Source of the DNA: Escherichia coli 042
Lineage (GTDB): Bacteria > Pseudomonadota > Gammaproteobacteria > Enterobacterales > Enterobacteriaceae
Length of the DNA: 64,000 nucleotides
Strand: one strand, 5' to 3'
Assembly: GCF_000027125.1 (NCBI RefSeq)
Contig: NC_017626.1
Part shown: positions 35,861 through 46,146 of the stretch, in pieces
Numbering within the stretch: position 1 is the first letter of the stretch
How the letters are laid out: each line of letters begins with the position of its first letter
Program-made: the position numbers and the translations under genes
Notes under the pieces: model-generated
What the model was told of the DNA's origin: nothing
Database searches by the model: none
The model's input: the letters and a program-made list of their open reading frames with translations, nothing else

Positions 35861-37894
35861 ATGACAGACCTTTCACACAGCAGGGAAAAGGACAAAATCA
35901 ATCCGGTGGTGTTTTACACTTCCGCCGGACTGATTTTGTTGTTTTCCCTGACAACGATCCTGTTTCGCGACTTCTCGGCCCTGTGGATTGGCCGCACGCT
36001 GGACTGGGTTTCTAAAACCTTCGGTTGGTACTATCTGCTGGCGGCAACGCTCTATATTGTCTTTGTGGTCTGCATCGCTTGTTCGCGTTTTGGTTCGGTG
36101 AAGCTCGGGCCTGAACAATCCAAACCGGAATTTAGCCTGCTGAGCTGGGCGGCGATGCTGTTTGCTGCCGGGATCGGTATCGACCTGATGTTCTTCTCCG
36201 TAGCCGAACCGGTAACGCAGTATATGCAGCCGCCGGAAGGCGCGGGTCAGACGATTGAGGCCGCGCGTCAGGCGATGGTCTGGACGCTGTTTCACTACGG
36301 CTTAACCGGCTGGTCGATGTATGCGCTGATGGGCATGGCGCTCGGATACTTTAGCTATCGTTATAATTTGCCGCTCACCATCCGCTCAGCGTTGTACCCG
36401 ATCTTCGGTAAACGGATTAATGGGCCGATTGGTCATTCAGTGGATATTGCAGCGGTGATCGGCACCATCTTCGGTATTGCCACTACGCTCGGTATCGGTG
36501 TGGTGCAGCTTAACTATGGCTTGAGCGTACTGTTTGATATTCCTGATTCAATGGCGGCGAAAGCGGCACTGATCGCCTTGTCGGTGATCATCGCAACGAT
36601 CTCTGTCACCTCCGGTGTCGATAAGGGCATTCGCGTGTTATCGGAACTCAACGTTGCGCTGGCGCTGGGGTTGATCCTGTTCGTGCTGTTTATGGGCGAC
36701 ACCTCGTTCCTGCTTAATGCGCTGGTGCTGAACGTTGGCGACTATGTGAATCGCTTTATGGGAATGACGCTCAACAGTTTTGCCTTCGACCGTCCGGTTG
36801 AGTGGATGAATAACTGGACGCTCTTCTTCTGGGCATGGTGGGTGGCATGGTCGCCGTTTGTCGGCCTGTTTCTGGCGCGTATCTCGCGCGGGCGCACCAT
36901 TCGCCAGTTCGTGCTGGGCACGTTGATTATTCCGTTTACCTTCACGCTGTTATGGCTCTCGGTATTCGGCAATAGCGCGCTGTATGAAATCATCCACGGC
37001 GGCGCGGCATTTGCCGAGGAAGCGATGGTCCATCCGGAGCGCGGCTTCTACAGCCTGCTGGCGCAGTATCCGGCGTTTACCTTTAGCGCCTCCGTCGCCA
37101 CCATTACTGGCCTGCTGTTTTATGTGACCTCGGCGGACTCCGGTGCGCTGGTGCTGGGGAATTTCACCTCGCAGCTTAAAGATATCAACAGCGACGCCCC
37201 CGGCTGGCTGCGCGTCTTCTGGTCGGTGGCGATTGGCCTGCTGACGCTTGGCATGCTGATGACCAACGGGATATCCGCGCTGCAAAACACCACGGTGATT
37301 ATGGGGCTGCCGTTCAGCTTTGTGATCTTCTTCGTGATGGCGGGGTTGTATAAATCTCTGAAGGTAGAAGATTACCGCCGTGAAAGTGCCAACCGCGATA
37401 CCGCACCGCGACCGCTGGGGCTTCAGGATCGCCTGAGCTGGAAAAAACGTCTCTCGCGCCTGATGAATTATCCGGGCACGCGTTACACTAAACAGATGAT
37501 GGAGACGGTCTGTTACCCGGCAATGGAAGAAGTGGCGCAGGAGCTGCGGTTGCGCGGCGCGTACGTGGAGCTAAAAAGCCTGCCGCCGGAAGAGGGACAA
37601 CAGTTGGGGCATCTGGATTTGTTGGTGCATATGGGCGAAGAGCAAAACTTTGTCTATCAGATTTGGCCGCAGCAATATTCGGTGCCGGGCTTTACCTACC
37701 GCGCACGTAGCGGTAAATCGACCTACTACCGGCTGGAAACCTTCCTGTTAGAAGGCAGCCAGGGCAACGACCTGATGGACTACAGCAAAGAGCAGGTGAT
37801 CACCGATATTCTCGACCAGTACGAGCGGCACCTTAACTTTATCCATCTCCATCGTGAAGCGCCGGGCCATAGCGTGATGTTCCCGGACGCGTGA
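35861..37894 (+). CDS. betT: BetT, high-affinity choline transporter (BCCT family)
   Basis: 677-aa ORF with multiple transmembrane segments and a hydrophilic C-terminal tail. Confidence 0.9.
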   Translation: MTDLSHSREKDKINPVVFYTSAGLILLFSLTTILFRDFSALWIGRTLDWVSKTFGWYYLLAATLYIVFVVCIACSRFGSVKLGPEQSKPEFSLLSWAAMLFAAGIGIDLMFFSVAEPVTQYMQPPEGAGQTIEAARQAMVWTLFHYGLTGWSMYALMGMALGYFSYRYNLPLTIRSALYPIFGKRINGPIGHSVDIAAVIGTIFGIATTLGIGVVQLNYGLSVLFDIPDSMAAKAALIALSVIIATISVTSGVDKGIRVLSELNVALALGLILFVLFMGDTSFLLNALVLNVGDYVNRFMGMTLNSFAFDRPVEWMNNWTLFFWAWWVAWSPFVGLFLARISRGRTIRQFVLGTLIIPFTFTLLWLSVFGNSALYEIIHGGAAFAEEAMVHPERGFYSLLAQYPAFTFSASVATITGLLFYVTSADSGALVLGNFTSQLKDINSDAPGWLRVFWSVAIGLLTLGMLMTNGISALQNTTVIMGLPFSFVIFFVMAGLYKSLKVEDYRRESANRDTAPRPLGLQDRLSWKKRLSRLMNYPGTRYTKQMMETVCYPAMEEVAQELRLRGAYVELKSLPPEEGQQLGHLDLLVHMGEEQNFVYQIWPQQYSVPGFTYRARSGKSTYYRLETFLLEGSQGNDLMDYSKEQVITDILDQYERHLNFIHLHREAPGHSVMFPDA

Positions 37895-37910
37895 TTGTTA
37901 TTGCATAAAA

Positions 37911-37936
37911 CCGCGCCATGTCTGCATATGGCGCGG
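37911..37936 (+). terminator. Hairpin downstream of betT (putative terminator)
   Basis: 9-bp stem CCGCGCCAT / ATGGCGCGG with an 8-nt loop; the trailing T-run is weak. Confidence 0.4.
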
Positions 37937-38467
37937 GAATCATTGACTCGCTGTAAAAAATTATGCATATATTATATATGATTGTCATGTCATATCCTGC
38001 AATTCCTCTTGTATCACTTCATGATTTTATATTTTATTAATTAACGATTTTATTTTGTATTAGCTGAATGGATTCAGTCCTATAGAGTTATATATTTATT
38101 AATAAGACGATTCTTATATTTTGATACCTAATAAGAGTTACCACTTTTACCGGCTGTATATTAAATGTATTTCTCTTGCTTTTGTTTATATTTTGAGTTG
38201 ATTTGAGTTCCTGGATACATATAATGCGCAGGTATTAGAGACTGGGGGGGAATGTAATGATAAAGTTAAGAGTGTTAACTTAAAATAAGTTTTCAGTAGT
38301 AACTTGCTATTTTATTACCCTCTGAACTACATACTCAGATATGTGGTTGCCAATGCTATGCAAAATTTTTGAATTTTTATATGCGATGAACAGTAACCGG
38401 AATGGCATTTAATGCGTTGCTGTTTATGCAATCTTGGTTTTATTTGGATGTATTGCTGGAGATTGTG

Positions 38468-41400
38468 ATGAATAAAATATATCGGCTAAAGTGGAACAGG
38501 TCCCGTAACTGTTGGAGCGTCTGCTCGGAGCTGGGGAGTAGAGTAAAAGGAAAAAAGTCCCGGGCTGTTTTAATTAGCGCGATAAGTTTATATTCATCTC
38601 TGGCACTGTCTAAAGATGTCGCTGTAAGTGAAGATTACACAGCTGTATTCGGTAAAGATAACCAGACTATTGATTACCGTATTTCAGTGACCGACAATGC
38701 CAATCTGGTAATCGATGCGACAGATTCTTCTCGTCCACGTCTGACTCTCGCGTCTGGTGGTGGGCTGGATATCACTGGAGGGAAGGTGCATATCAATGGC
38801 TCGCTTAACTTTTTGTTAAAAGGGACGGGGTTTCTGAACGTCGCCAATGCTGGCAGCGAGTTATATGCTGATGATTTATATGAGTCTTACTCTAATATTA
38901 CCCACGATAGAGGCTATTTTAATGTCTCCAACGGCGGCAAAATCCATGTTAAGGGCACCAGCCGTCTGACCTATTTGCAGGGAAATGTCAGCGGTGAAGG
39001 CAGCCAGGTAAATTCTAAAACCTTCTTTATGGGCGTTTACGGCAGTTACGGTGGCAATCAGTATCTGTCAGTTAATAACGGCGGTGAAGTTAATGCCAGT
39101 GAAAAAATTAGCCTAGGCTATTATGATCAAGTCTCCGATACAACACTTGCTGTTTCGGAAGGTGGTAAAATTTATGCGCCGACTATTAGTTTAAGCACCA
39201 ACTCTGAGTTAGCGTTAGGGGCACAGGAAGGAAGTGCTGCGAAGGCAGCAGGGATTATTGATGCCGAAAAAATTGAGTTTGTGTGGGCAAAGACATCCGA
39301 TAAGAAAATCACCTTAAATCACACGGATAAAAACGCGACTATTTCCGCGGATATTGTCAGTGGCAGCGAGGGCCTGGGCTATATCAATGCGCTCAATGGC
39401 ACGACTTACTTAACCGGGGATAACTCCGCCTTTAGCGGTAAAGTCAAAATTGAGCAAAATGGCGCTTTAGGGATCACCCAAAATATAGGTACAGCAGAAA
39501 TCACCAACCGCGGGAAATTACACCTGAAGGCTGACGATAGCATGACCTTTGCCAATAAGATTTCTGGCAACGGTACAATAAGTATCGACAGTGGGACAGT
39601 GACGCTGACTGGCAATAACTATGCATTCAGCGGATATATTGATGTCGCTTCTGGTGCTGTCGCGGTTATTTCTGAAGACAAGAACATCGGCCGTGCAGAA
39701 CTGGATGTTGATGGCAAATTGCAAATTAATGCCAACAAAGATTGGGTATTTGATAACGATCTTGAAGGTAGAGGCATTGTTGAAATAAACATGGGGAATC
39801 ACGAATTCTCCTTCGATGAGTTTGCCTATACAGACTGGTTCCAGGGTTCACTGGCGTTCCAGAACACGACATTTAACCTGGAAAAGAATGCTGAGTTTCT
39901 GCAGAGAGGCGGGATCACTGCGGGTCAGGGAAGCCAGGTAACAGTGGGTAAGGGCGCTCACTCCATTAGCACTTTGGGATTCTCCGGCGGAACGGTTGAT
40001 TTTGGTGCCCTGGCAGCTGGTGCACAGATGACAGAAGGGACAGTCAACGTTAGTAAAACGCTGGATTTGCGTGGCGAGGGTGTGATTCAGGTTTCTGACA
40101 GTGACGTTGTCCGCTCTGTATCTCGTGATATTGACTCTGCGTTATCGCTCACTGAAGTCGATGATGGTAACAGCACCATTAAGTTGGTTGATGCGCAAGG
40201 TGCGGAAGTTCTGGGCGATGCGGGCAATCTGCAATTGCAGGATAAAAATGGACAAATCTTCTCCAGCAGCGCCCAACGTGATATTCAGCAGAATGGGCAA
40301 AAAGCGGCCGTCGGCACTTACGACTATCGTCTGACGAGTGGGGTAAACAATGACGGTCTGTATATCGGTTACGGCCTGACCCAGCTTGAATTGCAGGCTA
40401 CCGACAGTGATGCCCTGGTGCTGAGTGCCAACGGTAAAAGCGAGAATGCCGCCGATCTTAGTGCAAAGATTACCGGCAGTGGTGACCTGGCCTTCAGCAG
40501 CCAGAAAGGTCAGACCGTATCGCTTTCTAACAAAGACAACGACTATACCGGTATTACCGATCTGCGCAGCGGGACGCTTTTGTTGAATAACGATAACGTG
40601 TTGGGTAATACCCATGAACTGCGTCTGGCGGCAGAGACTGAACTGGATATGAATGGTCACAGCCAGATCGTGGGCACGCTCAATGGCAGCGCCGATTCAC
40701 TGCTGAGCTTGAACGGCGGGAGTCTGACGGTTACCAACGGGGGCACTTCAACCGGTTCGTTAACGGGGAGCGGAGAGCTGAATATTCAGGGCGGCACGCT
40801 GGACATCGCGGGCGATAACAGCAACCTGACGGCGAATGTGAACATTGCTAATTCGGCTAATGTCCTGGTAAGTCATGCGCAGGGATTGGGTAGCGCAAAC
40901 GTTGAGAACAACGGTACCCTGGCGTTGAATAATAGCGCTGAAAAAAGAGCGGCTGCGTCTGTGAATTACACCCTGGGCGGCAATCTGACCAACAACGGTA
41001 CGCTGATGACCGGAATGTCAGGACAGCAAGCTGGCAATATGTTAGTGGTGAAGGGGAACTACCACGGTAATAACGGTCAACTAGTAATGAATACGGTACT
41101 GAATGGCGATGACTCAGTAACCGATAAATTGGTTGTCGAGGGCGATACTAGCGGCACGACTGCCGTTACGGTGAATAACGCTGGCGGTACAGGTGCGAAA
41201 ACCCTTAACGGTATCGAACTTATCCATGTTGACGGTAAGTCTGAGGGCGAATTCGTTCAGGCTGGGCGTATCGTTGCGGGGGCATATGACTACACTCTCG
41301 CGCGTGGACAAGGGGCAAATAGTGGTAACTGGTATCTGACCAGCGGCAGTGATTCTCCTGAACTGCAGCCGGAGCCAGACCCGATGCCGAATCCGGAGCC

Positions 41401-42451
41401 AAACCCGAATCCAGAGCCGAACCCTAACCCGACACCTACGCCGGGTCCGGATCTGAATGTGGATAATGACCTGCGACCGGAGGCGGGTAGCTACATTGCG
41501 AACCTTGCAGCAGCGAATACCATGTTCACCACGCGTCTGCATGAGCGTCTGGGTAATACGTACTATACCGACATGGTGACGGGTGAGCAGAAACAAACCA
41601 CTATGTGGATGCGCCATGAAGGTGGTCATAATAAATGGCGTGATGGCAGCGGCCAGCTGAAAACCCAAAGCAATCGCTATGTTCTGCAACTGGGAGGCGA
41701 TATCGCGCAGTGGAGCCAAAACGGCAGCGACAGCTGGCATGTTGGGGTCATGGCGGGATATGGCAACAGCGACAGCAAAACCATTTCCTCGCGAACTGGT
41801 TATCGTGCTAAAGCGAGTGTGAACGGATATAGCACAGGCCTCTATGCCACCTGGTATGCCGATGACGAGTCGCGTAATGGCGCGTATCTCGACAGTTGGG
41901 CGCAGTACAGCTGGTTTGATAACACAGTGAAAGGTGATGATTTACAAAGTGAATCCTATAAATCAAAAGGATTTACCGCTTCACTGGAAGCTGGATACAA
42001 ACACAAATTAGCTGAATTTAATGGCAGCCAGGGAACGCGTAATGAATGGTATGTTCAGCCGCAAGCACAGGTTACCTGGATGGGAGTCAAAGCCGATAAG
42101 CACCGCGAAAACAATGGAACCCTCGTTCATAGCAACGGTGATGGCAATGTTCAAACCCGACTTGGCGTAAAAACCTGGCTGAAGAGCCACCATAAAATGG
42201 ATGACGGTAAATCCCGCGAGTTCCAGCCGTTTGTAGAAGTGAACTGGCTGCATAACAGTAAGGATTTCAGCACCAGTATGGATGGCGTGTCCGTCACTCA
42301 GGATGGAGCCCGAAATATTGCTGAGATAAAAACCGGGGTGGAAGGACAGCTAAATGCCAACCTGAATGTCTGGGGGAATGTGGGCGTTCAGGTTGCCGAT
42401 AGGGGATATAATGACACCTCTGCAATGGTTGGCATTAAGTGGCAATTCTGA
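38468..42451 (+). CDS. ehaA: AIDA-I-type (type Va) autotransporter adhesin, EhaA-like
   Basis: ORF 38402..42451; start set at ATG 38468 (MNKIYRLKWNRSRNCWSVCSELGSR, extended signal peptide region). Repetitive passenger, Pro-rich linker PEPDPMPNPEPNPNPEPNPNPTPTPGP, C-terminal beta-barrel ending ...GIKWQF. Confidence 0.85.
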   Translation: MNKIYRLKWNRSRNCWSVCSELGSRVKGKKSRAVLISAISLYSSLALSKDVAVSEDYTAVFGKDNQTIDYRISVTDNANLVIDATDSSRPRLTLASGGGLDITGGKVHINGSLNFLLKGTGFLNVANAGSELYADDLYESYSNITHDRGYFNVSNGGKIHVKGTSRLTYLQGNVSGEGSQVNSKTFFMGVYGSYGGNQYLSVNNGGEVNASEKISLGYYDQVSDTTLAVSEGGKIYAPTISLSTNSELALGAQEGSAAKAAGIIDAEKIEFVWAKTSDKKITLNHTDKNATISADIVSGSEGLGYINALNGTTYLTGDNSAFSGKVKIEQNGALGITQNIGTAEITNRGKLHLKADDSMTFANKISGNGTISIDSGTVTLTGNNYAFSGYIDVASGAVAVISEDKNIGRAELDVDGKLQINANKDWVFDNDLEGRGIVEINMGNHEFSFDEFAYTDWFQGSLAFQNTTFNLEKNAEFLQRGGITAGQGSQVTVGKGAHSISTLGFSGGTVDFGALAAGAQMTEGTVNVSKTLDLRGEGVIQVSDSDVVRSVSRDIDSALSLTEVDDGNSTIKLVDAQGAEVLGDAGNLQLQDKNGQIFSSSAQRDIQQNGQKAAVGTYDYRLTSGVNNDGLYIGYGLTQLELQATDSDALVLSANGKSENAADLSAKITGSGDLAFSSQKGQTVSLSNKDNDYTGITDLRSGTLLLNNDNVLGNTHELRLAAETELDMNGHSQIVGTLNGSADSLLSLNGGSLTVTNGGTSTGSLTGSGELNIQGGTLDIAGDNSNLTANVNIANSANVLVSHAQGLGSANVENNGTLALNNSAEKRAAASVNYTLGGNLTNNGTLMTGMSGQQAGNMLVVKGNYHGNNGQLVMNTVLNGDDSVTDKLVVEGDTSGTTAVTVNNAGGTGAKTLNGIELIHVDGKSEGEFVQAGRIVAGAYDYTLARGQGANSGNWYLTSGSDSPELQPEPDPMPNPEPNPNPEPNPNPTPTPGPDLNVDNDLRPEAGSYIANLAAANTMFTTRLHERLGNTYYTDMVTGEQKQTTMWMRHEGGHNKWRDGSGQLKTQSNRYVLQLGGDIAQWSQNGSDSWHVGVMAGYGNSDSKTISSRTGYRAKASVNGYSTGLYATWYADDESRNGAYLDSWAQYSWFDNTVKGDDLQSESYKSKGFTASLEAGYKHKLAEFNGSQGTRNEWYVQPQAQVTWMGVKADKHRENNGTLVHSNGDGNVQTRLGVKTWLKSHHKMDDGKSREFQPFVEVNWLHNSKDFSTSMDGVSVTQDGARNIAEIKTGVEGQLNANLNVWGNVGVQVADRGYNDTSAMVGIKWQF

Positions 42452-42592
42452 TCTGAATAATGAGTAAAAGGAGAGAGAGCCGAACGGGAGATAATTCGGC
42501 TCTCTGTGTCATTTTCTTGCAGCCAGCTTTATCAGTCAGAGTGAAGACTCGCAGATTTAGCTGGCGCACAAGATTTAATCAAGGTGTGTTCA

Positions 42593-43681
42593 ATGGCTTC
42601 GCATGATTTGAGTGTTTTTTTGGAAGAGTTCGGGGCAACGGTGAATTTGACGTTGCCTGGTATCGTGTCCGAAAAAGAACGGCTTTTACTCAAGCTGCTA
42701 ATGGAGGGAATGTCGGTTACAGAAATCTCACAGTACAGAAATCGCAGTGCAAAGACAATTTCACATCAAAAGAAGCAGCTGTATGAAAAACTAGGCATCC
42801 AGAGTGATATTACCTTCTGGCGGGATATCTTTTTTCAATATCATCCGCAAGTCATCAGTGGCACGGGAAATAAAAATAATTTTTATATTCCTGATAACCG
42901 TTGTCACCATATCGTCACGCCTGAAGCCATCAGTCTGGCGTTGGAAAACCATGAATTTAAACCGTGGATCCAACCGGTTTTCTGCGCGCAGACTGGGGTA
43001 CTGACGGGCTGTGAGGTGCTTGTCCGCTGGGAACATCCACAAACGGGAATTATCCCACCGGATCAGTTTATTCCTCTGGCGGAGTCATCTGGTCTTATCG
43101 TCATAATGACTCGCCAGTTGATGAAACAGACTGCGGATATTCTGATGCCGGTAAAACATTTGCTGCCGGACAATTTCCATATTGGCATCAACGTCTCGGC
43201 GGGTTGTTTTTTGGCTGCGGGATTTGAAAAAGAGTGTCTGAACCTGGTTAAGAAATTAGGTAACGATAAAATCAAACTGGTTCTCGAGCTAACGGAACGT
43301 AACCCTATTCCGGTAACGCCAGAAGCCAGAGCGATATTTGACAGCCTTCATCAGCACAACATTACCTTTGCGCTGGATGATTTTGGTACGGGTTATGCGA
43401 CCTATCGTTATTTGCAGGCGTTTCCGGTCGATTTTATTAAGATCGATAAGTCGTTTGTGCAAATGGCGAGTGTCGACGAAATTTCCGGTCATATTGTGGA
43501 CAATATTGTCGAACTGGCGCGTAAGCCTGGTCTGAGTATCGTGGCGGAAGGGGTAGAAACCCAGGAGCAGGCGGATTTAATGATCGGCAAAGGCGTTCAC
43601 TTTTTACAGGGCTATTTGTACTCCCCGCCAGTTCCGGGTAATAAATTTATCTCTGAATGGGTAATGAAAGCAGGTGGTTGA
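42593..43681 (+). CDS. pdeL: PdeL (YahA), c-di-GMP phosphodiesterase with N-terminal LuxR-type HTH and C-terminal EAL domain
   Basis: ORF 42584..43681; ATG 42593 preferred (AAGG SD, 362 aa); LuxR HTH (MSVTEISQYRNRSAKTISHQKKQLYEKL) and EAL-domain motifs (ELTE, DDFGTGY). Confidence 0.85.
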   Translation: MASHDLSVFLEEFGATVNLTLPGIVSEKERLLLKLLMEGMSVTEISQYRNRSAKTISHQKKQLYEKLGIQSDITFWRDIFFQYHPQVISGTGNKNNFYIPDNRCHHIVTPEAISLALENHEFKPWIQPVFCAQTGVLTGCEVLVRWEHPQTGIIPPDQFIPLAESSGLIVIMTRQLMKQTADILMPVKHLLPDNFHIGINVSAGCFLAAGFEKECLNLVKKLGNDKIKLVLELTERNPIPVTPEARAIFDSLHQHNITFALDDFGTGYATYRYLQAFPVDFIKIDKSFVQMASVDEISGHIVDNIVELARKPGLSIVAEGVETQEQADLMIGKGVHFLQGYLYSPPVPGNKFISEWVMKAGG

Positions 43682-43722
43682 TGTAAACCGCTATTCACAG
43701 CGCATCGGGAGGTTGGCAGCGA

Positions 43723-44655
43723 TTAATTCTCCCGATGCAGTAAATCCTGATAGATCCCCGTTAATATGCCATTTGGCGCAAATTGTTTTTTAATCCACTG
43801 CGTCACCTGACCCGTAGCAGAATGCTGAGTCGCCAGTAACATGCGCGAATCCTGGCGCGGATTATGGATTTGTCGGGTAACCAGCAGGGATTGCGTCATC
43901 GCCTCACGGACCATGTAATCCGGCAAAAACCCAATTCCTTCACCTAAAATCTGGCACTGACATTTGGTGTTGAAATCTGGCACCAGAATCGACTCCTGCC
44001 CATGCAGCAACCAGCCCACTTTTTTATTAATCGTATGCGCGGTGTCCTCCACCATGATATTAGGATAGAGACGCAGTTGGCTTTCGGCGATCGGCTCCGG
44101 CACAAAGGCTAATGGGTGATCCGGGGCGATAGCAAAAGCCCAGCGAATTGCGCCAATCTCCGTGTAATCAATGCCGCCGCCGTCCAGCAGTGTGTCGGGC
44201 GCGCCGATAGCAATATTCGCCTGATTATTAATAATCGCATCCCAGACGCCGTTATACACTTCGGTCGTCACGGTAATCTGGCAGGTTGGAAACTGCTTTT
44301 TCAGTACCTGTAATAAGCGTGCGGTGTGTTTGGGCGTATAAAGCAGTTGGTTAATACAAATGCGCACCCGTGCTTCTATACCCTGCGAAATAGTATCGAT
44401 GCTGCGTTTGATGGCGTGAAAATCATTCAGCAGGTCGGTAGCTTTGCGGAAAAAATAACGCCCGGACTCCGTTAACTCAATGCTTCGGGTACTGCGAGTG
44501 AACAGCACCACATCCAGCCCTGTTTCCATTCGCTTGATGGTGTAGCTAATGGCGGAAGTGGTTAAACCCAACTCTTCTGCGGCTTTACTGAAACTGCCAA
44601 AACGCGCAGCGGTAGTAAATGCCAACAGATTCTCTTCGGTAAAAATTGAGTTCAT
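43723..44655 (-). CDS. yahB: YahB, LysR-family transcriptional regulator
   Basis: 310-aa ORF with N-terminal LysR HTH (FSKAAEELGLTTSAISYTIKRME). Confidence 0.85.
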   Translation of the reverse strand: MNSIFTEENLLAFTTAARFGSFSKAAEELGLTTSAISYTIKRMETGLDVVLFTRSTRSIELTESGRYFFRKATDLLNDFHAIKRSIDTISQGIEARVRICINQLLYTPKHTARLLQVLKKQFPTCQITVTTEVYNGVWDAIINNQANIAIGAPDTLLDGGGIDYTEIGAIRWAFAIAPDHPLAFVPEPIAESQLRLYPNIMVEDTAHTINKKVGWLLHGQESILVPDFNTKCQCQILGEGIGFLPDYMVREAMTQSLLVTRQIHNPRQDSRMLLATQHSATGQVTQWIKKQFAPNGILTGIYQDLLHREN

Positions 44656-44746
44656 TAAACCATTCCCGCCATTATCGAATATGAATTTCTCCAGCCATGA
44701 CTGTAGAGGTATCGGTTAAAGATAGATAATCATTTTTGAATAACTT

Positions 44747-45244
44747 TTAATACCCGTCGCGTTTAGTCGTCGCTTCGCTTAATTTTTGTCCGCCATATTC
44801 TGAAATTATCCCCACGCAGTTACCCGCCAGAAAACCCAGTAATGTCACTGTCCAGTTCATCCCGCTGGCAAAAAATAGCGTCATGCCGAGAAAGCCTCCG
44901 GGAATAAAAGACAATAAACCGAAACGTCCTTGCCAGACCACCACCGCCGAGAAGGGTACAGTCATAATCACGCTCGCCCAGAACGTGGACAATCCACTCA
45001 CCGAGGCCAGCCAGCCGGCAGCCAGCGCGGCGAAAAACGCCCACACCATCCCGGAATAATTAACCGCCAGACTTCTGATAAACCCCGATTTACCGCCGCC
45101 TGCGGCATAAAAACTGCAAAAGGCGACGAAGCCAATGGTTCCTAATAATTCCCATCCCTGAGAGAGCCCGACATGTGAAGACACTAACTGCCAAAGCCCT
45201 GCACAAATACCGACGGTGACACCCGTTGCCGTGAGTCCGTTCAT
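44747..45244 (-). CDS. yahC: YahC, small inner-membrane protein
   Basis: 165-aa highly hydrophobic ORF upstream of yahB on the same strand. Confidence 0.8.
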   Translation of the reverse strand: MNGLTATGVTVGICAGLWQLVSSHVGLSQGWELLGTIGFVAFCSFYAAGGGKSGFIRSLAVNYSGMVWAFFAALAAGWLASVSGLSTFWASVIMTVPFSAVVVWQGRFGLLSFIPGGFLGMTLFFASGMNWTVTLLGFLAGNCVGIISEYGGQKLSEATTKRDGY

Positions 45245-45501
45245 CTTGTTCCCCTCTGGTTAGACATGGACGAAAGCTACTCTTACATGTGCAGACTATA
45301 GAGAAATAAAACCTGATTGAGTGAAAGGGTATCGGGTCAAAGAAACAAATATTGCACTACCGCACACTGCGAAAAGATTGTTGAACATCATTCAACAAAA
45401 AGGCGAAATACGGCGAATTAAATTTAAGCGGGTTCTTTTATCAGATTATCGTTGCTATTCTCAATTCATCGAAAACAGCCACAAAAACCAGGGGAATGTG
45501 A

Positions 45502-46107
45502 ATGACTATAAAAAATCTACCTGCCGACTATTTATTGGCTGCGCAACAGGGTGATATCGATAAAGTAAAAACCTGCCTTGCGCTGGGTGTCGATATTAAT
45601 ACCTGCGATCGTCAGGGGAAAACGGCAATTACGCTGGCAAGTTTATATCAGCAATATGCTTGCGTTCAGGCATTAATTGATGCCGGAGCGGATATTAATA
45701 AGCAAGATCAAATATGTTCAAATCCTTTTTTAATTAGCTGCCTGACCGGCGATTTAACCCTGTTACGGATTATTTTATCGGCTAAACCCGATCTTAATTG
45801 CGTCACCCGTTTTGGCGGTGTCGGCCTGACGCCTGCCTGTGAAAAAGGCCATTTAAGTATTGTAAAAGAGCTTTTGGCGCATACGGAGATTAACGTTAAC
45901 CAGACCAACCATGTTGGCTGGACGCCGCTACTGGAAGCAATTGTGCTTAATGATGGCGGGATTAAACAGCAGGCGATTGTCCAGTTATTGCTGGAACACG
46001 GTGCCAGCCCGCACATGACGGATAAATATGGCAAAACGCCGCTGGAACTGGCGCGGGAACGAGGCTTTGAAGAGATTGCGCAGTTACTGATTGCCGCAGG
46101 TGCATAA
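45502..46107 (+). CDS. yahD: YahD, ankyrin-repeat protein
   Basis: 201-aa ORF with consecutive ankyrin repeats (G.TAL..A...G....V..LL..GADIN). Confidence 0.85.
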   Translation: MTIKNLPADYLLAAQQGDIDKVKTCLALGVDINTCDRQGKTAITLASLYQQYACVQALIDAGADINKQDQICSNPFLISCLTGDLTLLRIILSAKPDLNCVTRFGGVGLTPACEKGHLSIVKELLAHTEINVNQTNHVGWTPLLEAIVLNDGGIKQQAIVQLLLEHGASPHMTDKYGKTPLELARERGFEEIAQLLIAAGA

Positions 46108-46146
46108 ACCGGGAGGCTTGCTATCAACACACCAGAAAGACGGTGT

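Noticed and set aside
41114-41740. 208-aa minus-strand ORF inside the autotransporter gene
   Set aside because: Antisense to the Pro-rich linker and barrel region; low-complexity Arg/Val-rich translation.
43700-43740. 10-bp stem hairpin (GCATCGGGAG...CTCCCGATGC) after pdeL as a terminator
   Set aside because: The loop is long (about 17 nt), there is no T-run, and the structure overlaps the yahB C-terminal coding sequence.
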